64,000 nucleotides of DNA from assembly GCA_029781035.1 (NCBI GenBank), contig JAKOXK010000069.1:26266-90265 (forward strand), written 5' to 3'. Shown in pieces: positions 37,047-47,097 of this stretch (position 1 is the first letter of the stretch; each line of letters opens with the position of its first letter). The notes under the pieces were generated by a model, which did not search any database, had not been told where the DNA came from, and saw nothing but the letters and a program-made list of their open reading frames with translations. Position numbers and translations under genes: made by a program. This DNA is from Armatimonadota bacterium. GTDB taxonomy: Bacteria; Armatimonadota; Fimbriimonadia; Fimbriimonadales; Fimbriimonadaceae.

Positions 37047-37110
37047 GGATGCGGTTCTAGGAGTCCTTCGGACCGGGGTGCAAAAGACATCACCCCGGCC
37101 ACGGCCCGCC
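37047..37110 (+). repeat. Dispersed 64-nt repeat, copy A'
   Basis: 60/64 identity to 35253..35316, with the same hairpin (CCGGGGTG-N10-CACCCCGG). Confidence 0.9.
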
Positions 37111-37408
37111 GTGACCAACTCCAGACCGTGTCTGTTTCCCTTCGCAATGCCGAAAATTCCGTCGTGCAACGCCCATAGCCCTGCGGATCGGGTGTTATGG
37201 AAAGGATCCGCAGATGGAAGCGATATGCTTTCCTCAGCCATGGGCCATTCTAGCCCGGGAGCGTGGCCCGGATTTGGAACCGTGGCCCGGCTTGGCAACG
37301 TGAAGTCCTCGCGGAGCGGCCCTATTCGGCTGCGTTGCAAGCCGGGATTTGCGGACGTGCCTTAAGAGCCCGGCGACAGGAGTTCACGACTTCGCGAGAG
37401 GATTATGC

Positions 37409-37513
37409 GACCGCGTTCGAGGTTTTTGCTCTCGGATCCTCGGTTTTTGCCACCGCGTTTGATGTTTTTGCGACCAGATCGTAGGGTTTTGCGACGGCGT
37501 TCGATGGTTTTGC
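37409..37513 (+). repeat. Five head-to-tail 21-nt direct repeats (iteron-like array)
   Basis: Units: GACCGCGTTCGAGGTTTTTGC / TCTCGGATCCTCGGTTTTTGC / CACCGCGTTTGATGTTTTTGC / GACCAGATCGTAGGGTTTTGC / GACGGCGTTCGATGGTTTTGC. Exact 21-nt phase, each ending in TTTTGC. A consensus TTGACA lies 40 nt downstream (37553-37558). Confidence 0.9.
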
Positions 37514-37723
37514 TACAAAAACAGACAACGCAGGAGCTAGAACTTGGCTTGATTGACAGTTGAGCGAACCTAAGCTTATCGCGGAGCGCGTAACGCCTAC
37601 ATCGTACTATGACTGGGAAACCTGGCAATTCTGCCCGCCCAAGGAGAAAGAAAAGTAAGGAATCAACACAGCATGCCTACGGGCTAAGCCCGCCGCAAGA
37701 AAGGCGGGAAGGAATCCTCAACA

Positions 37724-38371
37724 ATGGCGACATACTACAGACTGCCGGAAGTCCAGTTCCGGCCATGGTTCAGCAACTTCGTCACCACGGCCGCGGCCAA
37801 CGCCCTCACCCTGGGGCTCGACCCGGGGCAGGTCACGGCCCTCACCGCGGCAAACACCGACTACCAGAGCGCGGTGGCGGCCTACAGCGCCGCCCACGAC
37901 AGCGCCAAGGCGGCCACCACCACCAAGAACGCCCAGTACAACGCCGCTCTGCAACTGGTGCAGCTCTATGCCAACCAGTGGCAGATCGATCCGAGCGTCA
38001 GCGACACGCTGAAGCAGCAGTTGGGCCTGAACATCCGCGACACGGTGCCCAGCCCGAGGCCGATCTACCCGGTGACGCAGGTCAGCGGCACCGGCAACAG
38101 CGTCGGCACCGTGAAGCTGCGTTGGGACCGCAACGGCAACCTGCCCGGCTGCAACTATATGGTGCAGTCGCGGCCGGTGGGCGGCACCGACTGGACGCTG
38201 GTGACAGCCACCACCCGCACCCGGCTGGCCCTGGGCGAACAGCCCCTGAGCGCGACCGAATACCGTGTGGTCACCGAGCGGCGCGGGAACTTCAGCGAGC
38301 CGAGCGACTCCGTGGTGGTCTATGGCGTCGGCGGCGTGGGCGGCGGCGGCACCTTGCTGAAAGTGGCTTAG
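37724..38371 (+). CDS. Hypothetical protein: N-terminal Ala-rich helical region plus C-terminal fibronectin type III-like domain
   Basis: SD-like GGAAGGAA upstream of ATG 37724. The C-terminal half (VGTVKLRWDRNGNLPGCNYMVQSRPVGGTDWTLVTATTRTRLALGEQPLSATEYRVV) has an FN3-like pattern. Chosen over the overlapping Arg/Gly-rich ORFs 37609..38451 and 37718..38482. Confidence 0.6.
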   Translation: MATYYRLPEVQFRPWFSNFVTTAAANALTLGLDPGQVTALTAANTDYQSAVAAYSAAHDSAKAATTTKNAQYNAALQLVQLYANQWQIDPSVSDTLKQQLGLNIRDTVPSPRPIYPVTQVSGTGNSVGTVKLRWDRNGNLPGCNYMVQSRPVGGTDWTLVTATTRTRLALGEQPLSATEYRVVTERRGNFSEPSDSVVVYGVGGVGGGGTLLKVA

Positions 38372-38392
38372 GCCACGGGGATCGGGCTCTGT

Positions 38393-38426
38393 TCGTTCTT
38401 GGCTGGGCGCACCTTGCCAAGAACGA
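38393..38426 (+). terminator. Strong intercistronic hairpin (attenuator/terminator-like)
   Basis: 11-bp perfect stem TCGTTCTTGGC / GCCAAGAACGA with a 12-nt loop. No T-tract follows. Confidence 0.4.
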
Positions 38427-38526
38427 CCTTCCCGACCTCCGGCTGTCCTAACGGAACTTGCGTCAGCCCTTTCGCCGACCACAAAGCGGGAACATTACAA
38501 AGAACTGATAAGTCCCAACTCCTATC

Positions 38527-39978
38527 ATGACGACGCTGATGATCGCGCTCGCTCTCGTCGTTCCCGTGGCGCACGGGGTCACCAAGGATCAGGGCGACCT
38601 TTCGGTGACCAACTTCAGTCTGCCGCAGGGCAAGGTGACGGTTTACCTGCCGACCGACACGCTGGCTGGCGACACCGTGAGCGGAACGGTGATCGCCGTG
38701 CCAAGCGGCTCGGGCGAAGACGCTGTGAAGAACGGCGCCGTGCTGAACGGCTATGTCGTCGAGGTCGGAGGCCAAAAGCCCGGCCGAAAGGGCACCAGCC
38801 CGTCGTGGGCTGTGCCAGTAGGAGCCGCCACCCTGACGATCGCCTTGCGAGACTCGGACGGCAAAGAGGTGGCCTCCTCAACCTGTGCGCTCCGCGACTC
38901 TCAGTATGCGAACTCGCCTTCGCAGTTCGGAGTCGATCCGGTCGTAGCCAACAGCACGCCAGTACAGGTTCGCGGGCCGTTCGACGGGGACTCGGCGAAC
39001 ACAACGGCCCAATGTGGGGAATCGACCCTTGTTCCGCTCGCTGAGTCCCCTCGCTCGTGTGTCTTCGCGGGCGTGCCGGAAAGGACCGGGCCGACGACCA
39101 TCGTTGTCCACGAAGGCGATGCGTCTCCTGCACTCGGCACTTGCTTGGTCTCGGTCAAGCTGACCGCCTCTCGCACGACGCTCTTGCAAGGGGAGCACGG
39201 CACACTCACCATGACGGTGGCCGGTCTGGAGGGTCTGCCTGACACGGCCTATCCGGTTCCTTGCGAGATCACGAACGAGTCGCCGTCAGTGGTGCACCTG
39301 GACAAGACTACTGACGCGGGCAAGACGCGAGGCGAGACATACGCATTCGCCATCGAGTCGAGCAGCGTGAGCCGAGGAGTGGCGACGTTCAATATCGGCC
39401 TGACCGGAGTCAACCCGGGTCCGTTCCTCTTGCGCGGTGTGTGCTTCGACATTTCGATCCACAACGTGAAGAAGGCGATGGACGCGCAAACGTTCAACGC
39501 TTGGGTGCGCGGACTGATCGCTGGCTACAACGAGAAGATCAAGAAGCTTGAGGAGGAAGAGAAGTCGAGTCCAAATGCTGGCCGACGCCTGAACATCGCG
39601 CGAAAGAAGAAGATCGTTGAGGTTCTGGAGGGCTTCACTCCAGCGTCCAACGCCGACCTGGACGTCGCGAAGACAGCGGTGGACAAGTCGCTGGCGGACG
39701 ATGCGTTCTTCTCGATGGCGGGCGAGCTGATCGGTCTTGCTGCAGACTTGCTCGGCTACACCGACATCCCTATGCCGGGCGTCGGCACGATCGTGAAAGG
39801 CATGAAGGCGGTGGCGGGGGCGGCCAAGTTGATCAAAGTCGTCGAGGCGCTTGAAACGGCCGAGAAGCTGATCGAAGAGTACAACAAGCTCTCGGACGCG
39901 AAGGAAAAGCTGGAGAAGGTGGGCAAGATCAAGGAAGCGCTTGACAAAGCGAAAGAAGCGCTCGACAACTCGAAATAA
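38527..39978 (+). CDS. Hypothetical secreted protein: beta-rich N-terminal two-thirds plus K/E-rich helical C-terminal domain
   Basis: Signal peptide MTTLMIALALVVPVAHG. The C-terminal ~160 aa (from about 39499) are lower-GC and Lys/Glu-rich, with an amphipathic Gly/Ala segment FFSMAGELIGLAADLLGYTDIPMPGVGTIVKGMKAVAGAAKLIKVV. Confidence 0.65.
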   Translation: MTTLMIALALVVPVAHGVTKDQGDLSVTNFSLPQGKVTVYLPTDTLAGDTVSGTVIAVPSGSGEDAVKNGAVLNGYVVEVGGQKPGRKGTSPSWAVPVGAATLTIALRDSDGKEVASSTCALRDSQYANSPSQFGVDPVVANSTPVQVRGPFDGDSANTTAQCGESTLVPLAESPRSCVFAGVPERTGPTTIVVHEGDASPALGTCLVSVKLTASRTTLLQGEHGTLTMTVAGLEGLPDTAYPVPCEITNESPSVVHLDKTTDAGKTRGETYAFAIESSSVSRGVATFNIGLTGVNPGPFLLRGVCFDISIHNVKKAMDAQTFNAWVRGLIAGYNEKIKKLEEEEKSSPNAGRRLNIARKKKIVEVLEGFTPASNADLDVAKTAVDKSLADDAFFSMAGELIGLAADLLGYTDIPMPGVGTIVKGMKAVAGAAKLIKVVEALETAEKLIEEYNKLSDAKEKLEKVGKIKEALDKAKEALDNSK

Positions 39979-40046
39979 GACGCCCCGACCAACGCGGATG
40001 CGGAAGGAGACCGTCCGCTCGGTGCATCTTTGCCACGATGGGCGAG

Positions 40047-40075
40047 GATCGGGGACCGGCTAGCGGTCCCCGATC
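40047..40075. terminator. Hairpin between convergent genes (38527 gene and groEL), candidate bidirectional terminator
   Basis: GATCGGGGACC-N7-GGTCCCCGATC (11-bp stem), 5 nt beyond the groEL stop. No clear U-tract on either strand. Confidence 0.5.
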
Positions 40076-40080
40076 GGAGC

Positions 40081-41803
<1,723 letters not shown>

Positions 41804-41891
41804 CCACTTGACGACAACTTGACGACCACTTGGTGACGACTTGCTGACCACTTGGCGACCACCTGTTGACCACATGGCGACCACCCGAAGT
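41804..41891. repeat. 11-nt tandem repeat array 2 in the groES-groEL spacer
   Basis: In phase with array 1. Units: CCACTTGACGA / CAACTTGACGA / CCACTTGGTGA / CGACTTGCTGA / CCACTTGGCGA / CCACCTGTTGA / CCACATGGCGA / CCACCCGAAGT. Confidence 0.9.
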
Positions 41892-41901
41892 CCCGGCGAC
41901 T

Positions 41902-42231
41902 CTACTTCTTCGCCCCGACCTTCTCCTTCTTGGTCGCGGTCGTTCCGGTGACGATGCCGAGCACGTCGTCACTGCGGAGGATGACGTAGTCCGATCCGCT
42001 CACAGTGACCTCGGTGCCGCTGTACTTGCCGTACAAGATGGTGTCCCCCACCTTGACTTCGACAGGGACGGTCTTTCCGCTGTCCAAGGTCTTGCCTGGG
42101 CCGACGGCAACGACCGTGCCCTTCAACGGCTTCTCCTTGGCCGAGTCGGGGAGGATGATGCCGCCTGCAGTCTTCTCTTCCTGGCTGGCGGGCTCGACGA
42201 CGATGCGGTCGTGGAGTGGTTGTAGCTTCAT
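41902..42231 (-). CDS. groS: Co-chaperonin GroES (10 kDa)
   Basis: [46 protein letters not shown]..., with a strong SD (GGAGGA) upstream. Confidence 0.95.
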   Translation of the reverse strand: MKLQPLHDRIVVEPASQEEKTAGGIILPDSAKEKPLKGTVVAVGPGKTLDSGKTVPVEVKVGDTILYGKYSGTEVTVSGSDYVILRSDDVLGIVTGTTATKKEKVGAKK

Positions 42232-42268
42232 AGTGGTGCTTCCTCCTGGCAGTCTCGCCGGGAGTCTG

Positions 42269-42295
42269 TTAGCAGTATACCGCCGAGAGTGCTAA
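42269..42295. promoter_or_regulatory. CIRCE operator (HrcA binding site) upstream of groES
   Basis: TTAGCAGTA-N9-GAGTGCTAA against the consensus TTAGCACTC-N9-GAGTGCTAA, 38 nt upstream of the groES ATG. Confidence 0.85.
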
Positions 42296-42416
42296 CGGGC
42301 CCCTGGTCCTGATGGGCTTGTCCACGGGGTTCAGCCGTGATTCGGATTGATCGTTCAACTCGGGAAAACTGCTGTAGAATATACAGGCATGGCGTCCAAT
42401 TCTGTGGCGCCTGGAG

Positions 42417-43229
42417 GTGCGTTTGAACAAGAGAGTACTCACGATCGGTTTGGCTTCGTTCCTCTGCAGTATGGCTTTAGCCCAAAGCCAAGGGCCGATG
42501 GGCTATTACATGACAGCGGGCAACAGCCTCACCGACCTTCGCTACGATTCGGGTTCGGTGTTGACTTGGAACACGTCGGGCGGCCAAGACTATCCGATCG
42601 CCGTTTCGGGCGACGTCCGGACCGCTGCGTCTGGGCAATTCTTCAACTCGGGAGACCACGGAGGGCTCTACGACCTGAACGGTAACTGGCTGGGCGTCGA
42701 CTACAAGGACATTGTCGACAACGGCAACCTAGACTACCTAGGCTACGACGGTACCACTGATGGCATCCACAACTACTGGATGAACTATGGCAACCTGGGC
42801 GGCGTCTGGGTCACCAACCGCGACTGGACCAACCCCCAGATGCTCTTTCCGCTCGGCGGGTTTGGAGACCGGCTCGGCATCACCTATGACCAGAAGAACA
42901 ACAGCCTTTGGGTTTCCGGGTGGTCCAGTGGGAACATTGAGCAGTACTCCATGAGCGGATCCTTCATGAGTTCGTTCAATCCTGGCCTCGGTGGCTCGAT
43001 CACCTGCCTTGCCATGGATCAGACCACAGGTCTGATCTGGATGGGGCAACAGGGCAACGGCGGGACATTCTATGGGTTCGACCGGAACGGGAACTTGATG
43101 GACTCGTTCTCGAGTGCAACCGTCGGTCAACACAATACGCTCGGCGGCGAATTCAACATCGTCCCTGAGCCGGCCACCTGGGTGGCGCTGGGAGCAGGGC
43201 TCTTCGCCCTTCGTCGAAAAAAGAGGTGA
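42417..43229 (+). CDS. PEP-CTERM-anchored secreted protein of unknown function
   Basis: Signal peptide RLNKRVLTIGLASFLCSMALAQSQG. The C-terminus VPEPATWVALGAGLFALRRKKR is a PEP-CTERM signal. Start is GTG 42417 or TTG 42423 (SD GGAGG at 42413-42417). Confidence 0.7.
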   Translation: MRLNKRVLTIGLASFLCSMALAQSQGPMGYYMTAGNSLTDLRYDSGSVLTWNTSGGQDYPIAVSGDVRTAASGQFFNSGDHGGLYDLNGNWLGVDYKDIVDNGNLDYLGYDGTTDGIHNYWMNYGNLGGVWVTNRDWTNPQMLFPLGGFGDRLGITYDQKNNSLWVSGWSSGNIEQYSMSGSFMSSFNPGLGGSITCLAMDQTTGLIWMGQQGNGGTFYGFDRNGNLMDSFSSATVGQHNTLGGEFNIVPEPATWVALGAGLFALRRKKR

Positions 43230-43366
43230 GTCTCTGACGATCGAAGCGACGGCCCGCGCCTTCAGGTGCGGGCCGTTTGCATGCCACTTGTGAGTCAAAT
43301 CGAGACTTCGTCAAGGGCTCCCTTCGATGGCAGCTCTTCGTCGGGTAAGTTAGAGACCAAACCCGG

Positions 43367-45196
43367 ATGAGCCGACCGCTTCTGCTGTGCCTGGCTGCGG
43401 GCATTTCTTGTGCCTCCTGGGCGCTGGACGCAAAGTCAGTCGGTGCCGACCTTTTCGTCAATGAGTCCAGGGTCTTTACCTTTCAGACTCCGCAGGCAGG
43501 GGTCGCCGCCACTTTACGCGCAGCCCGAGTTGCGGCCGTGCTCAGCGCCCTTCGACCGGGGAGCCCTCTAAGGATCGCCGGTTCGGGCGGGCAGCGCAAG
43601 GTGCTAGACGGCAAGCACTTGATCCTCGTGCTCTCGGAAGATGACGCCCGAGCGGCCCAGTCTTCGCTCGCCAGTCTCGCCGAGGCCTTCGTCGCCCGCG
43701 TCGCAGAGGCAGCGGCCCTTCCTCCCCTCAAAGCCGACACCACTTCAGTGACTTTGCCTCCAGACAGACCGGCGAAGGTGGCTCTGGTGGGTTCGGCCGC
43801 GGCCAAATCGGCAGTGTCCGCCTCTCGTCCAGGCATTGTCTCCGTTGTCCGATCGACGGGATCGTTGACTCTCAAGCCCGTGGCCGTTGGTGAGACCACG
43901 CTTGAGATCGTGAGTGGCGCCGAGGCGCTGCACATCACTGTGGCCGTGCTCCCGTACGCGTTCGACGTATCCCACCATTGGAGCGTTCGGGTCGTAGGGA
44001 ACCCCGCTGGCACGTCTGTAGTGGCCGGCGCGGCCGTTGCCGAAGTGCAGTCCCGGGGAAGCTCAGTGCCTGGCGTGCAGGTCTGGGCGAAAGCCCTCGA
44101 CGCAGCCGCCCTAGGAACTGGGATCGACCGTTGGGTCAAGGTACGAGTGAAGGCGACCGGTCCAGGCGCGTTCCCGTTCGAAGGCGAGTGCTCAGTCCAC
44201 GTCGCCAACGTGGGCGTCGGGGTGTCACACGAGGATGAACTTTGGTACAGCAACAACCCTGAGCGGATCCCGAAGCCCAAAAGGCTGTATTGGGCTGAAC
44301 TCAAGGCGGGCCGCTCGGCCAGGCTCCTCTACCATCATATCAACGACTACACGTTTCCCGTTGTTGTCCGCTATCTTGTGGCCAACCCCACGGCCGAGCC
44401 TGCACTGGTGACGCTCTCGCTCGGAGACAGTCGACCCGACCGCAATCCGACAAGAGCTGGATACGTGGCTGGTGACCAGTTCCTCAGCAAGTGGCTCTCG
44501 GGATCGGCCGAAGTCGTCGAACTTCCGCCGAACACCACGATCCCGATCACCCTTCGTCGGATCGCACCAGGAGAGACGATGAGCGGCTTAGCGACGTTGT
44601 CCCTACTCAAAGGCGGGCCCGAGTCAGTCGTTGTCGTCGGGGACAGCGTCCTTCCCCAAGTGATGCCAGCCATGTGGTCCGTCGGCTTGGGAGTCACTGG
44701 CGCATGGCACGCGGCACCACCTCTCTCACTTGGCGATACCCGCATGAACCTGACGGGTTCGACCGAAGAGGTCTATCCCAAACCGTTCCGCGAGGCCCGA
44801 CTCGACTATGAGGTCGGCGGTCGGTTTGGCTTTGCGCGCATTGGGGACAATCCCGTACTCGACTCGACGACACACAAGGAACTCAAAGGCAATTTCGGTG
44901 TGATCTACGACATCAAGGGGGAACTGAAGAACCCGACGGCTGAACCGGTGGAGGTCGAGCTCTTGCTCGAGGCTAGTGCCGGCTACGGGAGTGCCCTCTT
45001 TGTCTTGAACGGAGACTACATCCGCGTTGGCATGATCTCGCCAAAGTCCGAGACAGTGCTCGCGAGTATCAAGCTACCTCCAGGCTCGTCCAAACCTCTG
45101 AGCATCACAACTTTGCCGCTTTCCGGCGCCAACTACCCCGTGACCCTCGTGGTCCGGCCGACCGGAATCGAACTGGCACGACACCACTCGTATTGA
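43367..45196 (+). CDS. Hypothetical secreted protein (609 aa) with a Big_2-like Ig segment
   Basis: Signal peptide MSRPLLLCLAAGISCASWA. The segment VSASRPGIVSVVRSTGSLTLKPVAVGETTLEIVSGAEALHITVAVLP resembles bacterial Ig-like group 2. The C-terminal ~330 aa are unassigned. Confidence 0.65.
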   Translation: MSRPLLLCLAAGISCASWALDAKSVGADLFVNESRVFTFQTPQAGVAATLRAARVAAVLSALRPGSPLRIAGSGGQRKVLDGKHLILVLSEDDARAAQSSLASLAEAFVARVAEAAALPPLKADTTSVTLPPDRPAKVALVGSAAAKSAVSASRPGIVSVVRSTGSLTLKPVAVGETTLEIVSGAEALHITVAVLPYAFDVSHHWSVRVVGNPAGTSVVAGAAVAEVQSRGSSVPGVQVWAKALDAAALGTGIDRWVKVRVKATGPGAFPFEGECSVHVANVGVGVSHEDELWYSNNPERIPKPKRLYWAELKAGRSARLLYHHINDYTFPVVVRYLVANPTAEPALVTLSLGDSRPDRNPTRAGYVAGDQFLSKWLSGSAEVVELPPNTTIPITLRRIAPGETMSGLATLSLLKGGPESVVVVGDSVLPQVMPAMWSVGLGVTGAWHAAPPLSLGDTRMNLTGSTEEVYPKPFREARLDYEVGGRFGFARIGDNPVLDSTTHKELKGNFGVIYDIKGELKNPTAEPVEVELLLEASAGYGSALFVLNGDYIRVGMISPKSETVLASIKLPPGSSKPLSITTLPLSGANYPVTLVVRPTGIELARHHSY

Positions 45197-45209
45197 CAGA
45201 CCAAAGACC

Positions 45210-46073
45210 TTGAACCCTGACTACAAACTGATCCAAGAGTTGTTCGACATCCCGGGAGCAGGAGCGCCCGAAGCCCCGCACTCGACGGCCAGAGGCAAGA
45301 AGGGAAGGGACAGCGAACACAGCCGTCGGCTCGGTGGTCAAGCGATGTCGGACGGGGACTACGAAGCCGCCATAGAGCACTTCAAACGCGCGGTCGAACA
45401 AAGCAATGAGCTTTCGCCTTGGCCCTTGATGGACTTGGGAGCTGCCTATTCGACTACGGACCAGGTCCCCCAGGCATTCCGTCAGTACCTCAAAGCCAAG
45501 CGCATTCAAAAGAGCGGGGAACTGTCGATCGCACTGGCCGCACTGTACTCCCAGATGGGGCGGTCGAACGATGCCATCAACGAACTGCGTGAATCCGTCC
45601 AACTGGAGCCTGAAAACGCCTACACTCACCACAAGTTGGCGGCGGCTCTTCGGAGGGCCGGATACCGCACGGAAGCCGTACAGGCTGGCCAGGTCGCGAT
45701 CGCTTGCGCACCTGACCAAGCGTTTTATCACTATTGGCTTGGTGAGTATTTCCTGGAACTCAAGCGCTACAAGGACGCCATTGACGCCCTGCACGCCGCC
45801 ATCGAGCTTTCACCAGGGGACGATCGCCTCTTCTTTCTCGCTGCCCAAGCCTTCTGGGGAGCGAAGAGGCCGCAAGAGGCGATCCGAGCGGTGCGGCTTG
45901 CGAGCGACCTCGATCCCGACAACCCGATGTACCACGGTCTCCTCCGTGCCTTTCTCAAGGCCTCTGGCCATGACGAAGAGGCTGAGCTTGAGACGAAGAA
46001 GACCTCCAAGATGGATGCTTACGACCACGAGATGCTGGGTCGTGTATTCAAGCACCTGAAGCTGGCTCCCTAG
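45210..46073 (+). CDS. Tetratricopeptide (TPR) repeat protein
   Basis: Successive TPR-like units (YEAAIEHFKRAVEQ, AFRQYLKAKRI, AINELRESVQLEPENAYTHHKLAAAL, AIDALHAAIELSPGD, AIRAVRLASDLDPDNPMYHGLL). TTG start is uncertain; ATG at about 45345 is an alternative. Confidence 0.7.
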   Translation: MNPDYKLIQELFDIPGAGAPEAPHSTARGKKGRDSEHSRRLGGQAMSDGDYEAAIEHFKRAVEQSNELSPWPLMDLGAAYSTTDQVPQAFRQYLKAKRIQKSGELSIALAALYSQMGRSNDAINELRESVQLEPENAYTHHKLAAALRRAGYRTEAVQAGQVAIACAPDQAFYHYWLGEYFLELKRYKDAIDALHAAIELSPGDDRLFFLAAQAFWGAKRPQEAIRAVRLASDLDPDNPMYHGLLRAFLKASGHDEEAELETKKTSKMDAYDHEMLGRVFKHLKLAP

Positions 46074-46342
46074 CCGGTTTGCATCTTCACGATCAAAATC
46101 AGTACGATCGCGATGAATCCAAAACGGATCAGTCGGAGCTTGCCCACAAGGGCCTTTCCGCCCGGTCCGCGGGCATTCGCCACCACGGCGATCGCGCCAC
46201 ACAGATAAACAGACGATCCCAGGAGCAGGGGCCACGGCAAGGGAAGTCCGCCACCGATCTGGGGAACCAGGCTCAGAAGGGCCACTCCGAGCCCGGCTCC
46301 TGCCACCCAGAGGCCGGATTGAACCCATCGTTCGCGGACCAT
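46070..46342 (-). CDS. Hypothetical small membrane protein
   Basis: 90-aa ORF made almost entirely of three hydrophobic helices. No homolog recognised. Confidence 0.4.
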   Translation of the reverse strand: MVRERWVQSGLWVAGAGLGVALLSLVPQIGGGLPLPWPLLLGSSVYLCGAIAVVANARGPGGKALVGKLRLIRFGFIAIVLILIVKMQTG

Positions 46343-46382
46343 CAGGTCGATTCTATCCGGATGGTAACCTGGCCCTTCGCCA

Positions 46383-47066
46383 ATGGACGTGTCTGCCTTG
46401 CTTGCTTACTGCAGCCAAGAAGGCTTCCCGCTGAGCGAGGAACGAGCCGAGTTCTTCAGCGCGTTCGGCGAAGCTCTCTATGAGCGAAACCGCTCGCTCA
46501 ACCTGACACGAGTGCCGTACGAGCAGTGCGTGGTGCGGCACTTCATCGATTCGCTGCTTGTGGCAAGCTTGATTCCTCAAGGCGCGAATGTCGTCGATGT
46601 CGGGACAGGGCCCGGATTCCCTGCATGGCCTTTGGCCTGTGCCAGGGCCGACCTCAGCGTCACGGCGATGGACGGATCGGAGAAGGGTCTTTCCTTTTTG
46701 CGGGAACACCTGCTGCCCAACCTGAGAGTCGTCAAGGCAAGGGCGGAGGAGTGGATCGAACGCGAGGAATACGACTTCGTCACGGGTCGCGCTCTCGCTC
46801 CACTTGCCGTACAACTTGAGGTCTCGGTGGGCTTGGCAAGAGTCGGAGGGTTGATTGTACCGATGAGGACACCGGCCGAAATCGGAGAAGCCAGCGCATT
46901 GCCCGTCAACCGCATTGGGCTCAAACTGGAGCAGTGCGTTCACAAAAGTCTTCCGGGAGGGTCTGGCGATCGCGCCTTTCCGGTCTACCGGAAGTTGCGC
47001 AAGACCCCTGCACCCTACCCACGACGGTGGGCTGAGATTAAGGCGAACCCCCTTTCAGCCCAGTGA
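46383..47066 (+). CDS. rsmG: 16S rRNA (guanine527-N7)-methyltransferase
   Basis: RNRSLNLTRV...VVRHFIDSLL...VVDVGTGPGFPAWPLA is the GidB/RsmG signature. Confidence 0.85.
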   Translation: MDVSALLAYCSQEGFPLSEERAEFFSAFGEALYERNRSLNLTRVPYEQCVVRHFIDSLLVASLIPQGANVVDVGTGPGFPAWPLACARADLSVTAMDGSEKGLSFLREHLLPNLRVVKARAEEWIEREEYDFVTGRALAPLAVQLEVSVGLARVGGLIVPMRTPAEIGEASALPVNRIGLKLEQCVHKSLPGGSGDRAFPVYRKLRKTPAPYPRRWAEIKANPLSAQ

Positions 47067-47097
47067 GCATGTCGGTGTCGGCACCCTCGGCTCCGTC

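Noticed and set aside
37609-38482. Two long ORFs (37609..38451 plus strand, 37718..38482 minus strand) overlapping the FN3-like gene
   Set aside because: Both are Arg/Gly/Pro/His-rich with no domain pattern. The 37724..38371 frame has an SD, ordinary composition and an FN3-like domain.
33517-39978. Calling the orphan-gene stretch a mobile genetic island or prophage
   Set aside because: No integrase, transposase, tRNA target, phage structural genes or clear flanking att-type repeats are present. Only internal dispersed repeats and one local GC dip were seen, so mobility is unsupported.
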